A stretch of 64,000 bases of DNA, from contig MU058213.1 in the NCBI GenBank assembly GCA_013265495.1, positions 1,922,001 to 1,986,000 on the forward strand, read 5' to 3'. The notes beneath the pieces are model-generated. The model saw only the letters and a program-made list of their open reading frames with translations, searched no databases and was not told where the DNA came from. The DNA is from Vicugna vicugna. Lineage: Eukaryota. Below, one piece after another: positions 63,816 through 64,000 of the stretch. A program made the position numbers and the translations under genes. Position 1 is the stretch's first letter; each line of letters begins with the position of its first letter.

Positions 63816-64000
63816 TATGACAGCCCTCCTCTGACATGCAGCGGGGTCTCACTCAGCCCCTTGTAGGCAGTTTAACAAACCTCCCCGGCTCCATGGCACT
63901 GGGATCCGCCTGACAACAGGCCTGAGCTCATTGGACATAAGATCAGTGTGGTCCCCTGTGTCCTGCTTGAGCCTGGAAACTCCTCAGTCAGCTTTGCCTC

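Larger units (their letters stand above)
1..64000 (-). other. WDR72: WDR72 gene body (partial; window contains 5 internal coding exons and flanking introns)
   Basis: Five exons splice in frame (phases 1-0, 0-2, 2-1, 1-0, 0-1). The peptide matches recalled mammalian WDR72 ([13 protein letters not shown]..., [19 protein letters not shown]..., [11 protein letters not shown]..., [18 protein letters not shown]). Introns: 25429-57435 (32,007 nt), 21709-24610, 17626-21616, 12058-17545. No further exon was recognised in 1-11861 or 57639-64000. Confidence 0.95.

Noticed and set aside
1..64000. Novel multi-gene system, CRISPR array or prokaryotic/viral operon
   Set aside because: No regularly spaced repeats, no dense ORF packing and no long ORF other than the WDR72 exon. 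Content is typical mammalian intron.

Overview
AT-rich mammalian genomic DNA lying entirely inside the WDR72 gene, which runs on the minus strand. Five consecutive coding exons are present: 57436-57638, 24611-25428, 21617-21708, 17546-17625 and 11862-12057 (203, 818, 92, 80 and 196 nt). All have GT-AG borders and compatible phases, and they splice into a stop-free 1389-nt frame matching my recollection of the C-terminal half of WDR72 (probably exons 14-18 by human numbering). The rest is intron, filled with old eutherian repeats (L2, MIR, CR1/L3, L1M, MER DNA transposons, MaLR/ERVL/ERV1 solo LTRs) and a few younger insertions. A tRNA-derived Vic-1-type SINE points to a camelid host. I see no prokaryotic operon, CRISPR array or new protein-coding system, and most ORFs in the track are spurious. 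The most interesting signals are: two consecutive exons that begin with 5' splice-site motifs (recursive-splicing-type AG|GTAA), an exon acceptor with a poly(A) run where the pyrimidine tract should be, a dense RFX X-box cluster and a CpG-retaining patch in a repeat-poor part of the 32-kb intron, and several L1 insertions that preserve their insertion mechanism. Repeat family names and exon numbers come from recalled consensus sequences, not from a database search, and old-repeat borders are approximate.
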